This document shows, in pieces, positions 22,850 to 33,200 of a stretch of DNA of 64,000 bases. Positions within the stretch are counted from its first letter, which is position 1. The number at the start of each line of letters is the position of its first letter. Below the pieces are notes generated by a model. The model was not told the DNA's origin. It saw only the letters and a list, made by a program, of their open reading frames with translations, and did not search any database. The stretch is from Longimicrobiales bacterium (lineage in GTDB: Bacteria > Gemmatimonadota > Gemmatimonadetes > Longimicrobiales > Gaopeijiaceae): positions 1,344,001-1,408,000 of the forward strand of contig CBDFMQ010000002.1 in the NCBI GenBank assembly GCA_965249725.1, written 5' to 3'. Position numbers and translations under genes: made by a program.

Positions 22850-24105
22850 TCGAATTTCAGTGCCTCTCCAACGTCGATCTTGGTGGCCTGCCAAGCGGGA
22901 TAGATGGATGCAGTGATGCCCACGACAGCGATGGAGAAGGCGCTCTGCAGGATATGCACGATCCTGAATTCCGGGACGATGACGGGATCCATGACGATGC
23001 CCGAAAAAGTGAAGTCCTCGTCCATGAAGCCGGAGAAATCCAACCCGTCCCGGAAGAACACCCAGGTCACGGCCGCTCCCAGAATGATGCCGACCATGCC
23101 GGCCAGCGCCGTGAGTAGCAGCCCCTCCGTGAATACGACGAGTCCGGTCTCCCCGGGGGTGAGGCCCAGCGCTTGGAGCACACCGAACTCACGCTTCCGG
23201 TACAGCACCGACATGAGCACCGTATTGAGCACCGCCAGCGCTACGATTCCGAAGAGAATGCCGTGGAAGATGTAGTCGCCGTAGTCGTCGATGCGCACCG
23301 CCGCGTCGAGCTCCGGATACGCCTCTCGCCAACTCAGGACGCGTACCCCGTCTTCATCGAGCGTGGATCTGAGCTGGCCCACGACGTCCGGCACGATCCG
23401 GCTGCCGGGCAGAATCGCGCCGACCGTGGTCACGGCTCCTTCCGCACCCAGCCAGGACCGGGCGGTGGAGATCGGGATGTGCACCAGGGCCTCGTCCACC
23501 TCTGGCAGGCCGGTTCGGAACATGCCGACCACCCGAACGAGCTGCCCTTCGATCTCCCCGGTCGTCGATTGGGCGGTCAAGACGAAGCGTGAGCCCAGCG
23601 ACAGTCCGAGACGCTCGGCCATGGCGGCACCCACGTATGCGGCCAGCCGGTCGTCGGCCTCGAGGTAGCGGCCCTCCGTGAGCTTCTCCACCGCATGGGA
23701 AAAACCGGCCTCGATGGTCGGATCAACCCCCTGGATCACCGCGGGCACAGCCGAGGAGGCGGAGCTGGCGAGGCCGTTCGTGGAGAGGCGCAGTGTGGTG
23801 GCGAGAGGCTCCAGGAGCCCATCGAGCGCCTCCAGAGCGGCTAGGGACGTCTCCGCCTGCTTCTCCGAGAGGCGGTCGTCTAGACTTCCGCTCTCCCGAT
23901 GGCCCGGCGCCTGGATGAGCACGTGACCCGCCCCCATCCTGACACCCGCGTTGATCCAGTCTTCGTGACCGCCGTCTGCCAATGACCGGGAGAACATCAG
24001 GAGGGCCAATCCGAGCGCCATCGCCGAGGCCGTCAGCACGCTCCGCCTCGCCTCACGGAGGACGCCGCGAGTGGCCAGTCGGAGTAGGGTCGGCGTCCGC
24101 TTCAT
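22846..24105 (-). CDS. ABC permease, LolC/E-FtsX type
   Basis: TM1, periplasmic domain, LNTVLMSVLYRKREFGVLQALG, YPAWQA. Confidence 0.92.
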   Translation of the reverse strand: MKRTPTLLRLATRGVLREARRSVLTASAMALGLALLMFSRSLADGGHEDWINAGVRMGAGHVLIQAPGHRESGSLDDRLSEKQAETSLAALEALDGLLEPLATTLRLSTNGLASSASSAVPAVIQGVDPTIEAGFSHAVEKLTEGRYLEADDRLAAYVGAAMAERLGLSLGSRFVLTAQSTTGEIEGQLVRVVGMFRTGLPEVDEALVHIPISTARSWLGAEGAVTTVGAILPGSRIVPDVVGQLRSTLDEDGVRVLSWREAYPELDAAVRIDDYGDYIFHGILFGIVALAVLNTVLMSVLYRKREFGVLQALGLTPGETGLVVFTEGLLLTALAGMVGIILGAAVTWVFFRDGLDFSGFMDEDFTFSGIVMDPVIVPEFRIVHILQSAFSIAVVGITASIYPAWQATKIDVGEALKFE

Positions 24106-25363
24106 GTGCCGGACAGCGCGTCGGCCGGTGGTATCCGTACGGCTCGGATCGCCGGTAGAACGCCGCGAGTATGGAGGTGATCAACAGCCCAGCCGCACTC
24201 CACAGCGAGCCATCGAGCGAGTAGTCGGCCCGCAGGACCGGTCGCACGACGGCGCCGGCCATCGTGAAGTCGCCCCAGAGGTTGGAGAGATCAGGCGGGT
24301 AGTTGTGGAGCCAATAGAGGATCGGCACGGACAGGAGCGCCCCTGCTGCCAACGCGATGATGCCCAGGATCAGACCCTCATAGACCACCGTCAGAGCTAC
24401 CCGCGAGGGCCTCGCACCCAGTGCCCGCACCACCGCGAACTCGCGGCGACGCTCGAAGGTCCCCAACAGCATCGTGTTGGCGACCCCGAAAATGGCCATG
24501 ACGAAGACTATGCCGACGATGACGCCGTTCACGGCTTCGGCGAGGCTGGCATACTCCGCGAGCTCCGCCCGAAAGACCGTCCACGGCCTCGGCGCCACCG
24601 GATATCCGAGGCCACCCGCGACCGATGCCAGCGAATCGCTGACCGCGGGGGCACTCCATGGATCGACGAGAGACGCGGCCACCTCGTGCACCCGACCCTC
24701 CGGCATGGCCATAAGCTCCTGGAGTGATCGGATCGGAAGGACCACAAGGGATCCGTCGAGGCCGGCCATGCCGGTGTGGAAGATCCCGCTCACATAGTAC
24801 AGGTCGTTTCCCAGCGAGCCGTCGGAAGCCGGTGCGACGAGAACCACCTCGGCCCCGGGCTCGACCTTGAGCAAGTCGGCCATATCCCGCCCGATGTAGA
24901 TCTCGCGCGCTCGCGGAAGGGGGGCCCGACCCTCCTCGGCCAACGACAAGAGGCGAGTGACCTCGGCTTCCCGTACCGGATCCACCCCGACCAGGATACC
25001 CGCGACGGTCTCGTCTCCGGAACTCACCAGACCTCCGCCGTATACCCGGGGAGACGCCCCCACGACTCCGGGAACACCTCGAGCGATGCCGACCAGCTCA
25101 TCCACGTCGATGCCCTCTCGGCCACCCAGCGTCTCATACATACTACGCTCGGGATAGTAGTCCGGTGCGTGAATCTGCAGCTGTCCCGAGACCAGGTTGG
25201 TTCCCGTCTCGATCATCTCGGCCACCATGCCGTGCCAGATCCCGATCATGGTGACCGACGCCAGGTAGCCGAAGGTGAGAGCGGAGGCCGTGATGAACGT
25301 ACGCCGTCGGTTTCTCCACAGGTTCCGCCAGGCCAGCCTCCACCACACCCATCGATCCCCCAT
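24102..25363 (-). CDS. ABC permease, LolC/E-FtsX type; 1-nt frameshift near 24154
   Basis: LAWRNLWRNRRRT, NTMLLGTFERRREF. One extra C in the CC run gives the canonical FYPAIRAVRIPPADALSGT* with an ATGA overlap to the next gene. Confidence 0.88.
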
Positions 25364-25367
25364 CGAC

Positions 25368-26138
25368 CTACCTCTCGCGTCTGAGGTTCCGGAGGGAGAA
25401 GAAGTCCTCGTCCACTCCGATGTCGAACTCCAGCTCGTGGTAGCGGATCAGCGTAACCTCGCCCGGGTCGTCCGTCGGTTCAATGGTCATGACGGCGGGT
25501 ACCAACCTTCCGTCCATGACCTGGTACTCCGTGAACGTCATGGTCCGGACGAGTTCATCCGACTCATCGAAATAGCGCGCCCAGGTGGGCATCAGGTCGT
25601 CCTGACGGACCTGATAGGTGATCTTCCCCCAAACCACGGGCGCCTCCGGCCGCGGAAGTAAGAGGAACTCCCAGACCTTAACTCCCTCCCTCGTCCCCTC
25701 GAACTCGATTTCGATGGTGTAGTCATCGACGAGCGTGCTCTCTTTCACCAGATCATCGTTGGTGAAGTGGGACCCCATCCAGGACCCCATCATCATGGAC
25801 GACGGGAGCTTGATCGTGCGATCGACCCTCGGCAGGTAGTTCCAGACCTCCTGCCCAGCCCTCAGGGTGGCGGTGCCAGCCTCCTTGGCCGGGGTCTCGA
25901 CCCGAAGCAGCGCGTGGTCGGTGCCGAGCGACCACGCGCGCAGTGTGAGCGAGCGCTCCCAATGCTCCGTCCGGATGTCCATGGTAAACCGCGCTTCGCT
26001 CGATTCACCACGAAGGAGGCGGTCCACCTGATCGATGATGTCGCGGGCCGTCTGAGTCCGGGCCGGGACGGGTAGCGGCGCGCAAAGAGAGGCCGCCACG
26101 AATGCCGGAAGTAGGAGCCGGTGGGAGATAGGATTCAT
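25368..26138 (-). CDS. LolA-like outer-membrane lipoprotein-sorting protein
   Basis: Signal peptide; PAKEAGTATL, VWNYLP, SWMGSHFTNDDL, FFSLRNL. Confidence 0.85.
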   Translation of the reverse strand: MNPISHRLLLPAFVAASLCAPLPVPARTQTARDIIDQVDRLLRGESSEARFTMDIRTEHWERSLTLRAWSLGTDHALLRVETPAKEAGTATLRAGQEVWNYLPRVDRTIKLPSSMMMGSWMGSHFTNDDLVKESTLVDDYTIEIEFEGTREGVKVWEFLLLPRPEAPVVWGKITYQVRQDDLMPTWARYFDESDELVRTMTFTEYQVMDGRLVPAVMTIEPTDDPGEVTLIRYHELEFDIGVDEDFFSLRNLRRER

Positions 26139-26308
26139 AGCCGGTCGAGTAGAAGTTAGTCCGATCTTCGAAAGCTAGTCGAGGGTACCGTTCAACGGCT
26201 ACGGGAAGCCTACCTAGTTATTTCTACTCCGCCCCTCTCACCTGAGAGCCCGTCCCCCGACGCTACTCCCCCCTTGAACTCGACCCCGAATCGCAGGATC
26301 CTGAAGGC

Positions 26309-26872
26309 ATGAGCGAAGAAGCCGAGAGCCGACGCCGGGCCCCAGAGTGGCTCACGTGGAAGCGCGCGGAGCTGGTCCTGACCGTCGCGATCCTGGCGTT
26401 CGCCGGCTACCGGCTCTGGCCGCAGGTGTCGGCCGTTGTGGGGGTCGGCGGCCCTATCGGTACCGCACCCGAGGTGGTCTTCCAGAGCCCGGACGGCGAA
26501 CCCGTCGTGCTCGCGGACCTGGAAGGACAGGTGGTCCTGGTCAACTTCTGGGCGACCTGGTGCGGTCCATGCAAGCTGGAGATGCCGGGTTTTCAGAAGC
26601 TGTACGACGACAAGCGGGACCAGGGGTTCACGATCCTCGGTGTGTCGACCGATCGGGGTAGTTGGGGGGATGTCAGCACGTTCTTGCGAGAGCGGGAGAT
26701 CGACTATCCGGTCGTGCAGACTTCCGCCGCCGCGGATCGTGCCTTCGGCGGGATCAGGGCGATCCCGACCTCGTTTCTCATCGACCGTCAGGGCGTCATC
26801 CGTCACAGGATCTTCGGCTATATGCCGCCCCCTGCCCTTCGGATCGCGGTGAATCGGCTGCTCGCGGAGTAG
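26309..26872 (+). CDS. TlpA/ResA thiol-disulfide oxidoreductase
   Basis: N-terminal TM; LVNFWATWCGPCKLEMP; IPTSFLIDRQG. Confidence 0.93.
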   Translation: MSEEAESRRRAPEWLTWKRAELVLTVAILAFAGYRLWPQVSAVVGVGGPIGTAPEVVFQSPDGEPVVLADLEGQVVLVNFWATWCGPCKLEMPGFQKLYDDKRDQGFTILGVSTDRGSWGDVSTFLREREIDYPVVQTSAAADRAFGGIRAIPTSFLIDRQGVIRHRIFGYMPPPALRIAVNRLLAE

Positions 26873-26939
26873 GGCCCGGCTCTGAGAATGAGGGCCCGGA
26901 GCGGCCTCCTGCGGTCGTCCAGCGGTTGGCGACGACTTC

Positions 26940-27983
26940 CTAGAATCCGGCCGCACTCAACTCCCGCTTCACCACCGGTGCCACCTCGGTACCCAGCAAC
27001 TCGATGGCCCGCATGACCTTGTCGTGAGGGGTCGGCCCCACAGTGAGCTGGATCAAGCAGCGCTGGTGTCCGAAGATTTCGTGTTGGAACAGGATCTTAT
27101 CGATGATCTGCTGAGGACTTCCCAGGAACAACGCCCCGCTCAACTCGGCCTCCGCGTCGAACTGCGTGCGGCTGGCGGGAGGCCATCCTCGTTCCCGTCC
27201 GATGCGTGTCATAGTCTCTGCAAAGGGCGGAAACGCGATCTCGGCCGCATCGGCCGCGTCATCGGCGAGGAAGCCGTGGGAGTTGATGCTCAGCGGGAGT
27301 GTCTCCGGGTCGTGCCCGGCCCGTGATGCCGTGTCCCGGTACAGGTCCACGACCGGCTTGAAGCGCTCGGGTGCACCTCCGATGATCGCCAGCGCCATCG
27401 GTAGGCCCAGGGTGGCGGCCCGGACAACGGACTGAGGCGTCCCTCCAACGGCGAGCCAGACCGGGATCGGATCCTGCACCGGCCGAGGGTAGACGGCACG
27501 ATCGTCGATGGTCGGTCGGTGCTCTCCCGCCCACGTGATCCGTTCCTCCTCCCGCAACTTGAGCAGCAACTCCAGCTTCTCCGAGAACAACGCGTCGTAG
27601 TCCGAGAGGTCCTGCCCAAACAGCGGAAAAGACTCCGTGAACGATCCACGCCCCGCCATGATCTCCGCACGTCCACCGGAGATGAGGTCCACGGTGGCGA
27701 AATCCTGAAACACGCGCACAGGGTCGTCGGAGCTCAGCACCGAAACCGCGCTTGTGAGCCGGATTCTACTGGTCCGCGCCGCCGCCGCCGCGAGAACGAC
27801 CGCGGGGGCTGAGACGGCGTAGTCCGCCCGATGGTGCTCCCCGATACCGAAGACGTCCAGACCCACCTGGTCGGCCAGCTCGATCTCCTCGAGGACATGT
27901 GCGATCCGTTCCTCGACACCGAGCTGCCGGCCTGTCGCGGGGTCGAACGCCGTCTCGACGAACGAGTAGATGCCGATTTCCAT
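26940..27983 (-). CDS. LLM-class (luciferase-like) flavin-dependent oxidoreductase
   Basis: [35 protein letters not shown]. Confidence 0.93.
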   Translation of the reverse strand: MEIGIYSFVETAFDPATGRQLGVEERIAHVLEEIELADQVGLDVFGIGEHHRADYAVSAPAVVLAAAAARTSRIRLTSAVSVLSSDDPVRVFQDFATVDLISGGRAEIMAGRGSFTESFPLFGQDLSDYDALFSEKLELLLKLREEERITWAGEHRPTIDDRAVYPRPVQDPIPVWLAVGGTPQSVVRAATLGLPMALAIIGGAPERFKPVVDLYRDTASRAGHDPETLPLSINSHGFLADDAADAAEIAFPPFAETMTRIGRERGWPPASRTQFDAEAELSGALFLGSPQQIIDKILFQHEIFGHQRCLIQLTVGPTPHDKVMRAIELLGTEVAPVVKRELSAAGF

Positions 27984-28072
27984 GGGAAGGAACGTACTTG
28001 GAGTTCGTCACGACGGAAGGATGGTCGAGGTTGCGAGCGCCGCCGTGAACATGGCGCCCTGCACCGACAGCG

Positions 28073-30088
28073 TCAGCGCTCGATCAGCTCCTGGAAGCCA
28101 GGATGGTTACGGAGAGAAGCGAAGACGGGATGGGCAGCTAACTCCGCAGTCGTCGCGCCGGTGTTGCGGTCGAGGAGCAGCTGGAGGAGCTCCACCGCCC
28201 GTTCCGGTTCACCCGCTAGGGCGAAAATCTCAGCCGCCTGGTAATGGACACCGATCGCCGCGACTGCGTCGCGCGTGAAGGGCATCGCCGCCATCGCCGC
28301 CTCGGCCTGCTGAGCGGCGTCCTCGGCTCGACCGAGCGCCGTGTAGGCACGGCCCAGCGTGAGTCTCGCCCCGACTCGATTTGGCTCCTCCTCGACCAAG
28401 CTTGCCAGGCCAGTCGCCATCGAATCCCAAACCACCCGGGCCTCATCTAGGCGGCCGGACAACTCGAGGGTCACCGCGCGTCGATATGTGTTCCGCTGTG
28501 TATAGGGTCGGGCCAGAGCGACGTCGAAGTCCCCATCGACCAGGTCTGCCCACCACAGTCCCCCTTGCACAGTCCCGACAGAGGTATCCGGGTATTCCAG
28601 CACGGCGTTTCTCGCCCGCCTCGTATCGTTCCCATCGACGCTCATATAGAGGTCGCCGAGATATCCGTAGGCGGTGCGCTCGTTCGGCGCCAAGGCGATC
28701 GATCTTCGAAGAACGTCCTCGGCCTCTTGGAAGCGGCGCGCGTATATCGAGGTATGACCGAGGTCCTCGAGGAAGTGCCCGGAAAGCGGATCGAGGCGAG
28801 CTGCCTCCGCGAAGCTCTCGATCGAGCCCTCGAAATCATCCATCCGGCGCTTCACCGCTCCCAGCAGGTGATGCACCTCGGCGTCCCCTAAACCGTCCTC
28901 TTCCGCCCGCAATCCATAGTCGAGCGCCTTCTCGAAGTCACGCTCGACGGCGTAGTGGTAGTACCCCATCGCCACCATCGCCTGGGGCAGATCGGGCGCT
29001 AGCGATAGGCCCTTGGAAGCCGCTTCGAGGATGGCGGTCCGGTTCTCTGGACGGAAGCACGTGCTCCGGTTCTGGCAGTGTTCGCTCCGGGCCAGCGCGA
29101 GCCGCACATAGGCTTCCGTGAAGTCCGGATCGAGCTCGATCGCCTGCTCATACATCTGGAACGCCACCGTGAAGTCGTCGGATCGCGGGCCCGCGGCGAA
29201 GTAGCTGTTCCCTCGTAGAAAGAAGTTGTAGGCGTCCATGTCCTCGGTCGGGACGCCTGCCAACTCGGTCTTCTCGTCGGGAAGCAGTGTCGCGCTCAGG
29301 GCATCGGCAATGCGTTCCGCGATCTCCCTCTGCAGGTCGAAGATGTTCTTGAGCGTGTATGCCATCTGGTAGTTGTCGGCCCACAGGTGCTCGTCCGTCG
29401 ATGCGTCGATCAGCTGAGCGTTCACCCTCACCTGGTCGCCCGCGGCGACCACGCTTCCTTCGAGGATCGCGGCCGCACCCAGCTCCTGTCCGATGGCCCG
29501 GATGTCCTTCGTGGTCTCCTGATACTGCATCATGGAGGTTCGGGAGATCACACGGAGCGCTTTGATCTTGGACAGCCGGGTGAGCAGGTCGTCGTGCAGC
29601 CCCAGGCTGAGCGTCTTCGAATCCTCCTCGGCGCCACCGCTGGTGAAGGGGAGAACCGCGATGACGGGTCGATCCGCCTCCCCTTCCGCCATCGAGCCGC
29701 TCGTACCGGGTCCAGCGAGGAGCAGAAACGTGGCGACTACTCCCCATAGCGCGAACGCCGCTACCCCACCGGCCATCGCGTTCCGCCAGGTGAAGAGCTT
29801 CCCGGTCGTGGTGGGGCCGACCTCCATCGGCTCACTCTCGACCGCCTTATCCCGGTGCCCGTGGTCGTGTCCGAGGCCTTCCTGGATGAAGGCGGTGGCC
29901 ATGACGATCGGGAACCCGATCACCAGAAGCGCGACCGCCATGGCGGGAACCCAATTCGGCAACCCCGCACTGTCCGCCAGGGTCTGAACGACTTGAACGG
30001 CGATCCACGAGCCCGTCAGATAGATCGACAGCACCTGCCAAAGGGAGCGACGGTGGATCTCGCGGATCAGGCGTTTTGCTCGGGACAT
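28073..30088 (-). CDS. Membrane-anchored TolB-N-like/TPR protein
   Basis: Three N-terminal TM segments, IAVLPF...LRVISRTS...VRVNAQLID...HLWA domain, followed by TPR repeats. Confidence 0.85.
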   Translation of the reverse strand: MSRAKRLIREIHRRSLWQVLSIYLTGSWIAVQVVQTLADSAGLPNWVPAMAVALLVIGFPIVMATAFIQEGLGHDHGHRDKAVESEPMEVGPTTTGKLFTWRNAMAGGVAAFALWGVVATFLLLAGPGTSGSMAEGEADRPVIAVLPFTSGGAEEDSKTLSLGLHDDLLTRLSKIKALRVISRTSMMQYQETTKDIRAIGQELGAAAILEGSVVAAGDQVRVNAQLIDASTDEHLWADNYQMAYTLKNIFDLQREIAERIADALSATLLPDEKTELAGVPTEDMDAYNFFLRGNSYFAAGPRSDDFTVAFQMYEQAIELDPDFTEAYVRLALARSEHCQNRSTCFRPENRTAILEAASKGLSLAPDLPQAMVAMGYYHYAVERDFEKALDYGLRAEEDGLGDAEVHHLLGAVKRRMDDFEGSIESFAEAARLDPLSGHFLEDLGHTSIYARRFQEAEDVLRRSIALAPNERTAYGYLGDLYMSVDGNDTRRARNAVLEYPDTSVGTVQGGLWWADLVDGDFDVALARPYTQRNTYRRAVTLELSGRLDEARVVWDSMATGLASLVEEEPNRVGARLTLGRAYTALGRAEDAAQQAEAAMAAMPFTRDAVAAIGVHYQAAEIFALAGEPERAVELLQLLLDRNTGATTAELAAHPVFASLRNHPGFQELIER

Positions 30089-30187
30089 GGAGTCCTGGTC
30101 GGAATCGTGCAGCCGGGGGGTCGGATGCTCCGCCGAAGATGCACCGGCACGGGCCTAAGTAGCAAGGAATCATCGTCCGGATCGTCG

Positions 30188-30221
30188 TTGCACTTCGATT
30201 ATATTCGGTTTATGTTCGGTT
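30188..30221 (+). promoter_or_regulatory. sigma70-like promoter overlapped by TTCGG-N6-TTCGG operator upstream of dnaE2
   Basis: TTGCAC (30188-93), 17 bp, TATGTT (30211-16); TTCGGTTTATGTTCGGTT at 30204-30221 plus an extra TTCGA half-site at 30194. Confidence 0.72.
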
Positions 30222-30246
30222 CCTTCCCCAAACAAACACCGAAACC

Positions 30247-33200
30247 GTGTCCACACCTCCCTACGTCGAGCTCCACTGCCACTCCGGCTTCTCCTTTCTG
30301 GACGGGGCCTCCCATCCCGAGGAGTTGGTATACAGGGCTCTGGAACTGGGTTATCCGGCTCTGGCCCTCACGGATCACAACGGCCTGTACGGCTCGATGG
30401 AGTTCGCCCAATCCGCCCGGACGGAGGGGCTTCAGCCCATCACGGGGGCCGAAGTCACCATAGCTCTGGACATTCCGGGAGTGCCCCAGGGCCTGGACGG
30501 ACTCGACGAGGCCGATCCGGACGGTGATCCGCTCGTCCGTGGCTGCCACATGACCCTCCTGGCTGAAACCCCGGCCGGGTATGCCAACCTCTGCCGGCTC
30601 CTGAGTGAGGCGCATCTGGAGAGTGACCGCGGCCGCCCCACCCTTCCTCTCTCCTCCCTCTTCGCCCGCACAGAGGGCCTCATCGCCCTCACCGGGTGCC
30701 GGCAAGGCCCTCTCCTGGTCGCCCTCGAAGACAGCGTGGCGACCGCGGAGCTCCTGGCTCGACGTCTTCAGGGCGCTTTCGGATACGGAAAGCTCTTCGT
30801 CGAACTCCAGGACAATCAGGAGAAGGGGGACGGCTACCGGAACCGGAGCCTGGGCCGCCTGGCCGACCGCCTCGGCATCCCCGTGGTGGCTACCGGCAAC
30901 GTCCACTACCACCGCCCCGAGCGGCACCGGCTTCAGGACGTCTTCGTGTCGATCCGGAACCGCACCACGCTGAACGGATCTCACGCACAGAGGCGCGCCA
31001 ACGCGCGCTTCTACCTGGCGTGTCCTCGAGAGATGGCCAACCGCTTCCAGAGCCGCCCCGACGCCCTGGCCCACACGCTCGACATCGCGGAGCGGTGTGC
31101 CGCCTTCGACCTCACGAAGGACCTGGGCTACACCTTCCCCGACTTCGAGGGGAGTGACCGCGGAGGAGCACTCGAGACCCTGGCCGCGGTCTGCCTGACC
31201 AAGCTGGAGGAGCGCTACGGCGGCTCGAAGCTTGAAGACGAAGCTCGCGATCGGCTCCACCAGGAGCTCGCGCTCGTGGACCTCCACGGTCTGGGCGGCT
31301 TCTTCCTCGTCTACCGCGACATCATGGAGTTGGCGAGAGAGGTCGCGGCCGATATTCGGGGCACCGCCCCTCGGGCCAACGCAGGCCTACCTCCGGGGCG
31401 GGGCCGAGGATCGTCGGTCTCGTCCATCATCTGCTACCTCATCGGGCTCTCCCATGTCGACCCGGTCAAGACGGAGCTCTTCTTGGGACGCTTCCTGAAT
31501 GAAGCCATGCGGAGCGTTCCGGATATCGACCTCGACTTTCCGCGCGACATCCGAGAAGAGTTGATCCTGCGGGTCTACAAACGATACGGGAACGAGCACG
31601 CCGGCCTGGTATGCACCTTCCCCACGTATCGGATCCGCTCCACGCTGCGGGAGATCGGCAAGGCTTTGGACCTTCCGATGGGAGATCTGGAGAAGCTCTC
31701 GAAGCTGGCGGAGCGGCGCTCGGGCGGAGGACTCATGGAGGAGCTTCGCCGGCTGCCGGAGTTCCGCGAGAAGGCGGAATCACCCTCGTGGCAAGCGCTC
31801 TGTGAGTTGGCCGACGACATCAAGGGCCTTCCCCGCCACATCTCCCAGCATGTGGGGGGTATGATCATCTCCAGCCGACCGCTCGTGGAAATCGTCCCTC
31901 TGGAGCCGGCAGCGTGGGAGGGACGCGTTCTCTGCCAGTGGGACAAGGACTCCTGCGACGACGCGGGGTTCATCAAGATCGACTTCCTGGCCCTGGGCAT
32001 GCTGTCGCTGGTGGAAGAGGCGGTGGACCTCATCTCGGAGCGTCACGGCCAGGCGCCCGACCTCTCCCGCATCGACTTCGCCGATCAGGAGGTCTACGAG
32101 CGTATCTGCACGGGCGACACCATCGGCATGTTCCAGGTGGAAAGTAGGGCCCAGATACAGATGCTTCGGCGCGTTCAGCCCCGGAATCTGGAGGATCTGG
32201 CCGTCCAGGTGGCCATCGTCCGACCGGGACCCATCGTCGGAGGTGCGGTCAACCCTTACGTGCGCCGTAGGGAGTTGCTGCGCGAGAATCCAGACTTCCG
32301 CGTCCCATACGATCATCCTCTCCTGGAAGAAGCTCTGGGAGAGACGTTGGGGGTCATCATCTTCCAAGATCAGGTCCTTCAGGTCTGTCAGGCCTTGGCG
32401 GGGTTTTCGGACGGCCAGGCAGAGAGCCTCCGACGCTCCATGAGCCGAAAGCGTTCGAAGGAGGCCATGGACTCGCATTGGGACGACTTTCGGAAGGGAG
32501 CGCGGGAACGAGGGGTCGACGAAATCACGGCCCAGAAGGTCTTCCAGCAGGTGACCGCGTTCAGCGAATTCGGCTTTCCCAAGTCCCACGCCGCGGCGTT
32601 CGGCCTCTTGGCCTACCAATCGGCATGGCTCCGCTACTACTACGGTACCGAGTTCTACGTGGGCCTCTTCAACAACCAGCCCATGGGTTTCTACTCCCTG
32701 GACGCTCTGGGCCGCGACGCCCGGCGTCACGGAATCGGGATTCGCCTTCCGGATGTGAATCACAGCCTGGTGAAGTGCTCGGCCGAAGAAACCGATCTGA
32801 GGGTCGGGCTCGGTTTCGTGAGAGGTTGGGGCACCGACATTGCCGAGAAGGTCGTGGCGGAGCGAGAGCGGAACGGGCCGTTCGCTTCCCTAGCGGACTT
32901 CCTCAGACGGACGCCCGCGACTCTGAAGAGGCCCGCGGTCGAAAACCTCATCTGGGTGGGTGGCTTCGAGAGTTTTGGCCTCACACGGCGGCAACTTCTG
33001 TGGCAGGCAGGCCTCTGGTTGGGTCCCGAGGACGATGCGGAGCGAAGCGGTGGTCGGGACGACCATGCTCAGGCCGAGTTGAATCTCGACGATCCGTACG
33101 CATCAATCGCATTTCCGGGCCTCGAGGATACCGAACGGATGGTGGCGGAGTACCGCATGCTCCGCTTTTCCACGAACCTCCACCCCCTAGCCCTACTTCG

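Noticed and set aside
26147..26230. GAGTAGAA/TTCTACTC inverted repeat in a divergent promoter region
   Set aside because: Only 8 bp with a long spacer and no second copy seen; not enough support.
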